The position numbers and the translations under genes were made by a program. A DNA stretch of 64,000 nucleotides from Mobula hypostoma. Lineage: Eukaryota. Positions 52,017 to 64,000 of the stretch are shown piece by piece. The stretch is from positions 131,690,001 through 131,754,000 of the forward strand of contig NC_086097.1 in NCBI RefSeq assembly GCF_963921235.1, read 5' to 3'. Every line of letters begins with the position of its first letter. Positions within the stretch are counted from its first letter, which is position 1. The notes below the pieces were generated by a model. It was not told where the DNA came from. It did no database searches and saw nothing but the letters and a program-made list of their open reading frames with translations.

Positions 52017-52115
52017 TGTATAATTCTGGGACTCTTGGTTTGAGGAAAGAAGTTAGATTGGAAGGTGTTCACGAAGGTGAGATTTGTTTTAATCTCTGGT
52101 GCATTTCTCTTTCTC

Positions 52116-52146
<31 letters not shown>
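52116..52146. repeat. (CTGT)n microsatellite
   Basis: Directly visible. Confidence 0.9.
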
Positions 52147-52149
<3 letters not shown>

Positions 52150-52259
52150 CCACACAATGTAGAGACAGTGAAACATTGACTTCATCATATGCGCAGGTGT
52201 ATTCCAGTCTGCAGTGCTTAACTTGAGCTAGACCTGGTCTGCTTGTTAATCAATGGAAG

Positions 52260-53203
52260 TTTATTAACGACCTGGATGTTGGGGTAGAAGGGTGGGTTGG
52301 CAAGTTTGCAGACGACACAAAGGTTGGTGGTGTTGTAGATAGTGTAGAGGATTGTCAAAGATTGCAGAGAGACATTGATAGGATGCAGAAGTGGGCTGAG
52401 AAGTGGCAGATGGAGTTCAACCCGGAGAAGTGTGAGGTGGTACACTTTGGAAGGACAAACTCCAAGGCAGAGTACAAAGTAAATGGCAGGATACTTGATA
52501 GTGTGGAGGAGCAGAGGGATCTGAGGGTACATGTCCACATATCCCTGAAAGTTGCCTCACAGGTAGATAGGGTAGTTAAGAAAGCTTACGGGGTGTTAGC
52601 TTTCATAAGTCGAGGGATAGAGTTTAAGAGTCACGAGGTAATGATGCAGTTCTATAAAACTCTTGTTAGGCCACACTTGGAGTACTGTGTCCAGTTCTGG
52701 TTACCTCTCTATAGGAAGGATGTGGAAGCATTGGAAAGGGTAGAGAGAAGATTTAACAGGATGCTGCCTGGTTTAGAGAGTATGGATTATGATCAGAGAT
52801 TAAGGGAGCTAGGGCTTTACTCTTTGGAGAGAAGGAGGATGAGAGGTGACATGATGAGGTGTACAAGATAATAAGAGGAATAGGTAGAGTGGATAGCCAG
52901 CGCCTCTTCCCCAGGGCACCACTGCTCAATACAAGAGGACATTGCTTTAAGGTAAGGAGTGGGAAGTTTAAGGGGGATATTAGAGGAAGGTTTTTTACTC
53001 AGAGAGTGGTTGGTGCGTGGAATGCACTGCCTGAGTCAGTGGTGGAGGCAGATACACTAGTGAAATTTAAGAGACTACTAGACAGGCATGTGGAGGAATT
53101 TAAGGTGGGGGGGTTATATGGGAGGCAGGGTTTGAGGGTCGGCACAACATTGTGGGCCGAAGGGCCTGTAATGCGCTGTACTATTCTATGTTCTATGTTC
53201 TAT
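52260..53203 (+). mobile_element. Young CR1 LINE, 5'-truncated, near-identical to 31089-32030
   Basis: FINDLD...KFADDTKVGG...WQMEFNPEKC...LVRPHLEYC; (TTCTATG)n tail. Confidence 0.96.
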
Positions 53204-54053
53204 ATTAAGTACGAGTAGTAAAAGCATCATTAACATGTATTACCCAAATAAAAAAACAAATATTTCCTCTTTTTTTCAAATATTACAGAAAGAATTTAAA
53301 GAAACAAGACAGAATGTACATAAAATCGAACCCAGCATTCCTTCTGCTTGGACGGCATTGCTGCATTCTGGGAAATTAGATACAATCTAACTGAAAATTA
53401 ATGATTGATAAATTATTAATTGTGGACATTGAAAAAAATAGATCAAATTGTACTTTGTTAAAGGAAGGATCACTGGACAGTATCTTTGAATGCTTTCTCA
53501 AGACACATGGTTACATCTTATTCTGGTACAGCTCTTTAAATATGCAGAAAGTACAAAGCGACAGGGAATAATGGATTCTGCCCAATACATCAGAGACATC
53601 TCCCTCCCCAGCACTGGAGTTGATAGGTATGTGGGGAGAATCAAAAAATGGGATTAATTATGAATTACTGTGAATGAGTGGTTGGTGTTTGACACGGACA
53701 CGATGGACCGCAGATACTTTAGCCTGACGTGCCCCTTTCAGTATTAGTGGTTATTGAATTATAATTGCATCCCTTTTCAGCCTCTCCGTATGACTCTATA
53801 TCTAGCCTGTAGATTATACAGGCATGTATAAGGATTTTGCTCTTAGCTGAATGGAATCACCTTCCAAATGATAATTGTACAAGCATTTGAAATGGAAACT
53901 AATTCAGGACTGCAGGAGAAAGTGCAGGGCATCTGGGTTGGTCTGAGTAGAGAGTCAACATGACTGAGTGGACTCTTCCCATGAATATATCAACACATCA
54001 GCAGGATTGTGTAAGAATGAATCACATTTTTCCTTTCTGATATTAAATTGCAG

Positions 54054-54159
54054 TTGACCCAACAAGTGCTGCAGATCTTGAAGCACTTGGCAAAACATAT
54101 ATGCAAATGCTTTTACAGTGGAGTCCATATACTGCCAAGCACAACTTTGAATACCCATT
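54054..54159 (+). CDS. Candidate host exon (106 nt), product unidentified
   Basis: Non-repeat DNA with acceptor TTTTTCCTTTCTGATATTAAATTGCAG and donor GTAAGC; two frames open (DPTSAADLEALGKTYMQMLLQWSPY... and LTQQVLQILKHL...). Confidence 0.35.
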
Positions 54160-54760
54160 GTAAGCCAGATGTGGTAGTATGCTAAATGAATATCTTAAAA
54201 TAAGATCATGTGTCTTAAAAGATATTCCAAGTGTTAGAAAGAAAACAATTAACTTTGGTGAATTATAATTTCAGGCAGTTTATTTGGAAACCACAATGCC
54301 CATGAAAAAGAATGCGATGGGATGACATAAAACATTTTTTCCTCTCACATTACTGCACACTACAAAATGTCAAGATACTTTAAGTTGACATGATGTTATA
54401 TTAGTGGTTATTAAATTATAAATGCTTCCCTGTTTCAGCTTCTCTCTGTGATATGTCGCTGTTCATTATGTTTGACTGGTTTTGGTCTCTACCAGCACAA
54501 CATCCCTGGGTTTTAGTGATGTTAATAATGCAATCTGTGGGTGTTGAAGTCACATTCACATTAGTAGGCATGGCAGGAAAAGGCAAGGAAAAATTAAAAG
54601 GTAGATTGTTCCAATTGGGTGTGTAATTGATGTTAATGTATGATTAATCACTTCACACTGTGCATGATGAATACAAGAATTCAACTCTAATTAATTGTGA
54701 CATTAAAATGCCTCAGGAGTTAGTTTTATTTTTTTATAATTTCCATCTCCACACCCTAAG

Positions 54761-54830
54761 TCCCAACTGCTACCAACCATTGAACTTCAAACAATGAACT
54801 TACGGAAGTCTGATGTAGAGAGTGCATTAG
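54761..54830 (+). CDS. Candidate host exon (70 nt), product unidentified
   Basis: Pyrimidine tract plus AAG acceptor, consensus donor AG|GTAAGT; open frame SQLLPTIELQTMNLRKSDVESAL. Confidence 0.3.
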
Positions 54831-54884
54831 GTAAGTCACTGTTAAATTTATTGGGTGGAAAAGGAAAATATTATTTTCACAGAA

Positions 54885-55460
54885 ACAGGAGTCTAAAGAA
54901 GCTTGGCATGTTCCTGCTAGCCATCACCAATTTTTATAGACGCACCATAGAAGGCATCCTATCTGGATGCATCACAGCTTGGTATGGCAACTTCTCTGTC
55001 CAGATCCTCAAGAAACCGCAGAGAGTTGTGGACACAGTTCAAACATCATGGAAACTAGCTTCGTCTCTATCAACTCCGTCTGCTTCTTGCTGCCTCAGTA
55101 AACCAGGCAACATAATCAAAGGCCCCATCCATTTCAGACATTCTAACTTCTTCCCCAATCCCATCAGGCAGAAGATGCAACAGAACCGAGTACCACCAGC
55201 CTCTGGACAGTTTCTATCCTGATAGTAAAATTATAAGACTATTGAATGGTCCTGTAATATGATAAGATAGACTTTTAACCTCACAACCCATCTTGTTTTC
55301 TTGCACCTTACTGTCAGCCTGCACTTGCACTTCACTTTATTCTGCATTTAGTAATTACTTTTCCCTTGTACTGCCTCAATATACCGATGTGATGAGATTA
55401 TCTATATGAGTGGCATACAAACTAAGTTTTTCACCATATCTTCACACATCTGATAGTAAT
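54885..55460 (+). mobile_element. Rex1/Babar-like 3' fragment
   Basis: RSLKKLGM...NFYRRTIEGILSGCITAWYGN. Confidence 0.8.
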
Positions 55461-55724
55461 CTTGTGGCTGTGAGGTGTCCCTGGATGGACTGGTTACGAG
55501 GACACGTGGATTGGTCAGCAAGTGCAAAATTCCCCTAGTGTAGGCAGTTGATAGAATTGATGGGGATGTAGGGATATTAGATATCAGGGAAAACTAGAGG
55601 TGTAATAAAATTGATCTGTGAGTTGACATAAACTCAATGAGAAAAAATAGCCTTCTTACATATTGTAAGGAGATTCTGAAATAGTTTGTGTCCTCTTCTA
55701 CCTTGGTCTCCTTTTTTCAGTGTA

Positions 55725-56225
55725 TGGAACATTGAACATATAATATAGAACATTGAACAGTACAGCATAGGAACAAGCTCCTGGGCCCATAATGTCAGCA
55801 CTAAACATAGTGCCAAATTGAACTCAGTATCTTTTGCCTGCAAATGATCCATAAAACTCCATTCCCTATATATTCATGTGTCTGTCATGTGTCTCTTAAA
55901 TGCCACTATTTCATTTGCTGCTACCAGTACTCCTGACAGCCTATTCCAGGCATCCTCTACTTTCAACATATCTCCATTTGACCTCCCCTCTCACCTCATA
56001 GGCTTGTCCTGGATGATTTGACATTTCTGTCCTGTGAAAAAGACTCTGTCTACACCATCAAAGCATCTCACAATGATATAAACATACCAAGTCCCTCCTC
56101 AGCCTCTGACACCCAGAGAAAAAATTCCCAACTTGGTCCAACTTCTCTTGATGTCTCATACCCTTCAATTCAAGCAACATCTCAGTGTACCTTGTTTGCA
56201 CCCTTTGCAAGCCTCCACTTCATTT
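55725..56225 (-). mobile_element. CR1 3' fragment (old)
   Basis: GAACATTGAACA tail and GTACAGCATAGGAACAAGC signature. Confidence 0.7.
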
Positions 56226-56869
56226 ATACAACCAGAATCCCACACTATTCCATATCCCTTGAATCCACCAACATTTAGAAATCTATCTGTCTCTGTTCTG
56301 AAGGAAATAACAACAGATCTTTCACACCCTTCTGAAGTAAATAATTCTCAAAATTCATCATCCTCTGCAGAAAGGCTCTTTTTCTCGCCTCAGTCCTGAA
56401 CAGCATAGTTCTTATTCTGAGAATGTGAACCCTGGTAATTTTCTCCACAGTTAAGAAAAGCATTCTTTTCAGCAAGGTTGCCTCTTGTTTTAGGAATTCC
56501 AAAATAACCACTTACTCTACCTCCCAGAAATGCATCAAAGTTCTTTCTGAAAGAGGAAACTGAAGGATTGGCCAATCTATTGACTGTTTTTCACAAAACA
56601 AGATCCCACAATGACATTGGGAAGAACAATTGACAGACGTGGTAGATGGTGCAGTTTTGGCTTGGAGATTCTAATGGCTATTGTTAAATTGAGCTCTGGG
56701 TTTTGCAATATTTACTGGATCAGCTCAGTTGTACATTGGTTGAAAAGCAGCTCTCTTGAAAGCCATCAAATACAAGTCTTTTAATTGAATGTTTCCCAGT
56801 CCTTTGCTAAGAAGCCAGTTGAAATTATGAGATTTCAGATCAAAAGATAGACTCACTATGATACCATGG

Positions 56870-57080
56870 ACACAGAATGTACTGCAGATGCTGGAAATCT
56901 AGAGTGATACGCACGATGTGCTGGAGGTGTCAGCAGGTCAGACAGCATCTACGGATGGGAATAATGAATCCCGGTGAAGGTCTCGGGCTGAAACATCAAC
57001 TGTTTATTCCCATCCATTGATGCTGACTGACCAGCTGAGCTCCTGCAGCACACTGTGTGTATCACTGTAATACCAGCACT
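56870..57080. repeat. Fold-back Penelope 3'-repeat element with a decayed hammerhead in the loop
   Basis: Arms 56889-56964 and 57004-57078 are inverted repeats; the spacer has CCGGTGA AGGTCTCGGGCT GAAA CATC AACT. Confidence 0.8.
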
Positions 57081-57954
57081 GATGAAATGGAGGTACCAAA
57101 CAATCTCCAGTGATTCAAATGTAATGTCAGAATTTGTAAAGAACTCCATCCTGTCCATCTTCCTCTATTGTTAAAAAGCTGTTGGCTTCTAACATACATA
57201 GATGGTTATTCATTATTTGCAAGTATACAGCTAGAGTTTCCAACACTATATTCTTCTTTACAACAAATCATATACCATGGGACAATATGGTTAAGAATGA
57301 CTTGTAGGCGTTTCTTGTCACTTTGTAGTGAGTCCTGTTTTCTTTCACTCTGAGTCAGCATTTGATATCCTTCATCCTTCCAGTGTTTAATTTGACATTT
57401 CTGGCATTTCTGTTTGTCCTGTTGTAGAGTTATCAAGTCATATAGCATGGAAACTGGGTATTAACCATCAGTTGCATTAACAGTAAAGAGACAGTGGACA
57501 ACTGTGAGTTGTTTTCTCTGGGGCATCAACGTCTGAGGGGCTGGCTATTTGGTAGGCATTTATAAAATTATGAGAGTCATAGGAAGGGTAGATAGAGTCC
57601 TTTTCCCTGGATGGAAATGTCAAATAACAGGGAGCGTTACTTTAAGGTGCAAGGTGGAAAGTTTTAGATTTATGAAGCAGGTGTTTCACAGACAGCAGTG
57701 GATGCCTAGAATGAGGTGCTAGAGGAGGTGGCAGTTGCAGATACAATAGCAATATTTAAGAAGCATTTGGACAGATGCATGAATAGGCAGAGAATGGAGA
57801 GATGATGGCATGTTGACAATCAAGAACCCGTTTAGCATTTTAATCTCATATTAATCCCATTTTATTTTCTCCACATTCCCATTAACTCTCCCCATATTCT
57901 ACCTCAAACCTACACTCTGAAGGGAATCTACAGCAGCCAATTATCCTTCTATCT

Positions 57955-58320
57955 AAATGCCATCACAAAGAAGGCACAGCAGCACCTTCACTTTCTTAGA
58001 AGTTTACGTGGATTCAGAAGGTCACCAAAAACTTGGAGGAACTTCAGTGCAAAGTATTCTGAAGTATTCTGAAGGGTTGTGTCACAACCTGGTAAGGAAA
58101 CACCAAAGTCCAAGAATGGAAAATTCTACAGGTAATGGTGGATACAGTCCTTTCCGTCACAGCCAAAGTGCTCCCCATCATTAAGTGCACGTACATGGAG
58201 TGCTGCCACAAGAAAGCAGCATCCATTATAAAAGACTTCTGCCATCCAGGCCATATGCTCTTCTCACTATACCACTGGAAGTATAGAACCCTTAGTTCAC
58301 ACACCACCAGGTTCACATTC
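57955..58320 (+). mobile_element. Rex1/Babar-like 3' fragment (old)
   Basis: CCHKKAASIIKDFCHPGHMLFSL. Confidence 0.7.
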
Positions 58321-59483
58321 AGATTAATTTATTTGTTTCATGTACATTCAAAAGTGCAGTGAAATATACTGTCTGTGTTAACAACCAACACAACATAAGG
58401 ATATGCTGGTGGCAGCCTACAAGTGTCACTCCATGTTCTGTTGCCAAAATAACACGCCCATGATGTTCAGTCGAACAACAGAAGTAAAAACAGCAGAAAA
58501 TAGCAACAAAACAACAACAGTAAAACAATCCCCTTTTCCAATCCCATCCACCCACCCACTCACACACACAGGCAGACAGACCTCCAACTCAGGACAGATC
58601 ATCAATTTCCCTGGCGGAATTGCAGACTCACAGACACAAGGCTTCAACTTCAGAGTCTCGACTTCCAGTCTCACCAGCTTCAGTCTTTGATCTTTGGGCT
58701 TCGATTTTCAGGAACAACCTCAGGACCCACTGTTGATGTAAAACCAAATGCCAGGACTCGAACTCCAGACTTGCTGATACCAGGACCCATCGACCTGGGG
58801 GCCACCAAACCTCATCCTCGCTGGTTTTCGTCCACAGCTCTTACCGGCCCATCATCTGCCCACAGATGCCCTTCATTGCATGCCCACATTGCTGGCCTTC
58901 AAGCATAAAGAACAGATTGGAGGACTACTTTGGTCTGAACTTGAACCACCCCACATCCCTGTTTCTGAGCCCTAACCTGACTCTGAACTCCCCTCTCCCC
59001 TCTACCCTCAGAACTATCCCCGCAAACCTATAAATCAACTAATCCAGAACCTCAGTGGAGACCGCAGACATCAGACTCCTGAACCAGCATAGATAATTTT
59101 GATTACCATTCTGAACTGTTTCTACAGCCTACAGACTCACTTTCAGATACTCCTTATAACTTATTTCCTCAGTATAATTTTTTTATTTCCACAGATAGTC
59201 TTCTTTTGCACATTGGTTGTTTGTCAGTCTCTGTCTGTTTATGTACAGTTTTTTTTGCAGATCCCATTGTATTTCTTTTTTCGTGTGAATGCCAGCAAGA
59301 ACATGAATCTCAAGGTGGTCTTTGGTAACATATATGTACTCTGAAAATAAATTTACTTCCAATTTTGAGCTTTGCTTTTGGAATGGGGAAGGAAATCAGA
59401 ACACCAAGGGGATGTCCACCAGGAGAACCTGCAAACATTTCTCAAGAGTTAAAGAAGAAAGAGCTGCATTTCTATAAGCACAA

Positions 59484-59625
59484 GCTGCTGGAAATCCAGA
59501 GTAGCACCACAAAATGCTGGAGGAACACAACAGGTCAAGCACCAGCTATGGAAAGGAATAAAAGGCAGTGCTGCCTGACCTGCTGAGTTCCGCCAGTATT
59601 TTGTGTATTTCTGCATTTCTAGAGC
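59484..59625. repeat. Fold-back pair of Penelope 3'-repeat tails
   Basis: CACAAAATGCTGGAGGAAC...CAGGTCA versus TGACCTG...GTTCCGCCAGTATTTTGTG. Confidence 0.7.
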
Positions 59626-61067
59626 AGACTCGAGAGGATATCAAAGTGCTTGCAACCAGCAAGTGTGGCAGCCAACTGACTGTGCATCCATCGAGATCCC
59701 ACCGACAGCACCAGAGCCGGCCTGAGGGCAGGGTGGTCTGGGGCTCGTTCATATGCAGCATCTGTATGGTCATATTAGACGGACGGGCAGTTATAACTTG
59801 CCCATTCTTTTCAGTGCAGGAACGTGAGATCTGTCACATCCAAGTGGGAAAATGGAACTGGCACTGTAATGCCACATTCGAAGGAGAGCTGGTCTGGTAG
59901 CACTGCACTGGAGTGCGATCTCTCTTTGTGCTGAAGTTCCTGGAGTGAAACTTGAACCCACTGCGTTTTGACTCAAAAGCAAGAATGTAACTGACTCAAC
60001 ACCGGCTGACACAAATATAACCAAGCACTAGCTCAGCAGATTTCTTGGGAAAAGCCGGTGTTAGCCATCTATAGCTTGCCAGCAGAAATGCATAAAACCA
60101 TGCAACAAACGAATACAGCCCTCCTCAGAGTATCAGCCATCTTCCTTCTGCCTCCGACTCAAAATGTTCTGATGGTGCTACTGCAAGCATTGAACAAATT
60201 AAAACAATAAAAACAGGCAACTATTAACTGGCACTACATGCACATTTAATTTTATGAAGAATCCAAATGATGAGACCTTTTTCCTCATCGAATCTTTACA
60301 TAGACATAACAAGGAGTTTGCGTTTTCTCTGAAAGAACGATTAAATCCTTTTTCTAATGGTGCTGGTGACTGTTCACACTAAGTTGCGGACACAGCAAAT
60401 TGAAATGACTTGCCTTATTGCTGTTTGGCAGTGCCACCTGTCTGAGATGTGATTTTGTTCGGCCCAGAGCTGATGCCAAGAAACAAGGGGCCAGAGAGGA
60501 GGGTGTTTCTTTATTCTGAAAGCATCATTAAACAGGCTGATTTTTCACTGAAAGCCAACAGACCTCAACACAAAGAAAAACATACAGTAAGCAGTTTTTT
60601 TAAAAAGAAAGAAAGAAAATTCGGGAGGGAATGGTTGTTCTCCTGACCATTTTTAATTTGTCTGGATGGAGCGCTGACTGCTCCAATACCAAGCAGACTG
60701 TAAAATGTGTGAGAAAGTAATGCTCAAAAAATTCTCATATGCATATGAAAATCATTGTATAAAAGACTGGGGGATTAAGACAAGATAAATTTATACTAAG
60801 CTGTGCACATTCCATTGACAAATTTTCTGTTTTTACATTGTTTCCTCAGAGATCCTGGTTACCGGGGGGATGACATTAAACTCAAAGAAAATGGCTTATT
60901 ATGTGTGATAAATTCAAACAAAGATGGCACACTGTACCCACTGAGTATATCGAAGAAGTTGTGAGGAAATGTCAAGCATTTGAAAAGAAACCTGCTGTAA
61001 ATTCTGGTTATGGAGACCAGAAGCTCTCTATGCTGACTACAAGATCTCTTTGTTCAGGCCTTGCGAG

Positions 61068-61120
<53 letters not shown>

Positions 61121-61695
61121 ACACACACGCACGCACATGTACATTCACATACACATACACATAAATACAAGCACACACACAAACACACATACACACACAA
61201 CAGCAGGCAGACACACACATACATATACACAAAGACACATAGTCTAACACACACATGCACACACACTCAAATTCTGACACATGCACATACACCTCAGCAG
61301 ACAGGCATACGTTCTGATATGCACACATCCCTACACAAGTGCAACTACACACAAATGCATGCATATGATATGCACAGACATGCATACATATATGCACCTA
61401 AACAATTACCCACCGGCACATAATGTTCACCCACATATTCACACACAGAGACAGATAGACAGACAGACACAAACGCACACACATAACCACCAACTCTAAA
61501 ACACACACAAGCAGGCAGGTCCACACACAAGTACACGCAAAAACACATACTTTAACACACACTCACACACTCGCACACACATTAGCAGAAAGAAATCCAT
61601 TCTTATGTGCATATACACATGCACACACCCTTATATACATTCACATCCACATATTCACATATTCACATATTCACACACACAGACACACAAGCACA

Positions 61696-61729
<34 letters not shown>

Positions 61730-61745
61730 CTCTCACTCACTCTCA
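61068..61745. repeat. (CA)n microsatellites and degenerate CA-rich low-complexity tract
   Basis: Directly visible; explains the HT/CV-repeat ORFs. Confidence 0.95.
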
Positions 61746-63230
61746 TATAGAGTCCTGAATTAATATTCATAGATGTGAGAAATTCAGTTTGGGAGGAATG
61801 TTCAGGGAAGGACTTGTCTGGATTTCACCCTGTGGGCTATAAATGAACCAATGCAACACACAAGGTATAGTCAGATGTTAAGACAATTCAACTGCTGACT
61901 GTGTCTGAGTTTGTCTCAAAATTGAGGCTACTGAAAGCAATAAAAGAATACTTACAGGAGCCCTGAAAGTTTCAAATGTTATTGAGCTAAAGTCATTGTG
62001 ATAGAGTTTTTCAGCACAAAAACCAACACTTCAGCCCAACTCATCCATGCTGACAAATTTGCCCATTTAAACTACACCCACATGCTTCTATTTGGGCCAT
62101 GTGCCTCTAAACCTGTGAGGAGTCATGAACAGGAGCTAGGACACAGGTCTCAGTTTCTGAGTTTCCTCCACTCTGCCCTGATCCTTTTAATTTATTTCTG
62201 AGGCCAAACATCTTTGAACAATTTTTAAATATCTTGATGATTTGAGGCTTTAAAAAAACTGCTTAGGTAGGTTCAAAAAATAAAAAAAATAAGGACACCT
62301 TACAGAACTAGATGTGAATTTAAAAAGATTATGACAAACTGCAATAATGTAAGCAAACCAGCTATAGTTTTTTGTTTTTTTAAATTGGTTGACAGTTCCA
62401 TTCAAATGAATAAGGTTGATGTAGTTATTGGGGAAGGGATTTACTTTACCTTAGCATTCAGTTCATCATAGACATGATGGATTGAAGGACCTGCTCCCGT
62501 GTTGTACTGCTCCAAGTAGTACGTCAGCCGAATCCTATGCAAAGTTGAGGAGGTAGATATGATTTAATTCACCTCTTCTTCTTGGTACATGTGTGCTTTG
62601 CTGTGGAGCTTGACCATGAGCCTAAGTCCCACAGCATCAGGTTCAAGAACAACTGCTTTCCTTCAACCATCCAATTCTTGAACTAACCAGCATAACCCTA
62701 ATCATTAGAGTTTAGAAACACTATCACCACTTTGATCACTTTGCACTAAAATGGACATTTTTGTTTTGAAATTCTCACTGTGATCTTTTTAAAAAATGTG
62801 TATAATTTACGTTTTTTCTTATGAATGCTGCTTTTATGATACTATCTGCCTGTGATGCCGTTGTAACTTACTTTTATTCCACTTTTGTATATGTGCCATT
62901 TTGCATGTGATGATAAACTTGACTTTGACTTTGACTTTGAGTCTGGTGGCAGAACAGGTTGGGGCGATTAGTTGTTCCAATACCTCATCTCCAGATTGTT
63001 TTAGACTTCTGCATCTTGACAGGCAGGGAAGTCCAAGGCAAGGTGACCCATGAAGAGGGTATAAGCAGCAGTTCTCCACAAAGCCGTGACCAAAAGTAAG
63101 CCCATTATCTTATCTGCTGTGCTCTGAAAAAGTCTGTCATGGCATAACCACACAAGCCAATGATCAAATCAAATGTCTGCCCACTGAGTTGGTGAATTCT
63201 TTTTAAGAAAAGACAGGAAAACAAGACACT

Positions 63231-64000
63231 CAACCGTCTCGACTTTACCGCACCTTGTCCCCATTCCAAACTCACTCCTTCGGAACGCTCTGCTCTCCAC
63301 TCCCTCCGCACTAATCCTAACATTATTATTAAACCCGCTGATAAAGGGGGTGCTGTTGTAGTCTGGCGTACTGACCTCTACCTTGCCGAGGCACAGCGAC
63401 AACTCGCGGATACCTCCTCTTATTTACCCCTCGATCGTGACCCCACTAAGGAGCACCAGGCCATTGTCTCCCACACTATCAACGACTTTATCCGCTCAGG
63501 GGATCTCCCTTCCACTGCTACCAACCTTATAGTTCCCACACCCCGCACTTCCCGTTTCTACCTCCTACCCAAGATCCACAAACCTGCCTGTCCTGGCCGA
63601 CCTATTGTCTCAGCTTGCTCCTGCCCCACCGAACTCGTTTCTGCATACCTCGACACTGTTTTATCACCCCTTGTTCAATCCCTTCCGACCTATGTTCGTG
63701 ACACTTCTCACACTCTTAAACTTTTCGATGATTTTAAGTTCCCTGGCCCCCACCGCTTTATTTTCACCATGGATGTCCAGTCCTTATATACTTCCATCCC
63801 CTATCAGGAAGGTCTCAAAGCTCTACGCTTCTTTTTGGATTCCAGACCTAATCAGTTCCCCTCTACCACCACTCTGCTCCGTCTAGCAGAATTAGTCCTT
63901 ACTCTTAATAATTTCTCCTTTTGCTCCTCCCATTTCCTCCAAACTAAAGGTGTAGCTATGGGCACCCGTATGGGTCCTAGCTATGCCTGCCTTTTTGTTG
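63231..64000 (+). mobile_element. Penelope-like element young copy 3, 5'-truncated, running off the window end
   Basis: Stop-free frame from 63232: NRLDF...IIKPADKGGAVVV...FYLLPKIHK..PGRPIVS...MDVQSLYTSIP...GVAMGTRMGPSYA. Near-identical to the reverse complement of 21520-21936. Confidence 0.95.

Noticed and set aside
54794..55222. 142-aa ORF as one gene
   Set aside because: Read-through from unique sequence past a splice donor into a Rex1-like fragment.
61008..61548. HT-repeat and CV-repeat ORFs
   Set aside because: Translations of the CA/TG low-complexity tract.
1..64000. Prokaryotic systems (CRISPR arrays, retrons, operons) and rRNA or tRNA genes
   Set aside because: No repeat-spacer array or dense coding. 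All RTs are eukaryotic retroelement types, and tRNA-like boxes belong to decayed SINE heads.

Overview
Eukaryotic, repeat-dense intronic or intergenic DNA. The repeat mix suggests a cartilaginous fish, probably a ray (inference, not a database match). No intact cellular gene is recognisable, and almost all long ORFs are retroelement fragments. The window contains CR1 LINEs, L2, RTE and Rex1/Babar LINE fragments, and tRNA-derived and Deu-like SINEs. It also holds a decayed near-full-length chromodomain Gypsy element nested between a SINE and a CR1, and two solo LTRs with perfect target-site duplications (TSDs). Three young near-identical copies of a Neptune-like Penelope element (RT plus GIY-YIG) are present alongside older ones. 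The main non-ORF signal is a minimal type I hammerhead ribozyme motif (AGTC-CTGAnGA-stem II-GAAA-CGTC-GACT) in the Penelope 3' repeat. It is intact in two copies and decayed in several short derivatives, some of which are fold-back palindromes. Other points of interest are three short local duplications at transposon junctions and three candidate spliced host exons near 54-61 kb. Boundaries of old repeats are approximate.
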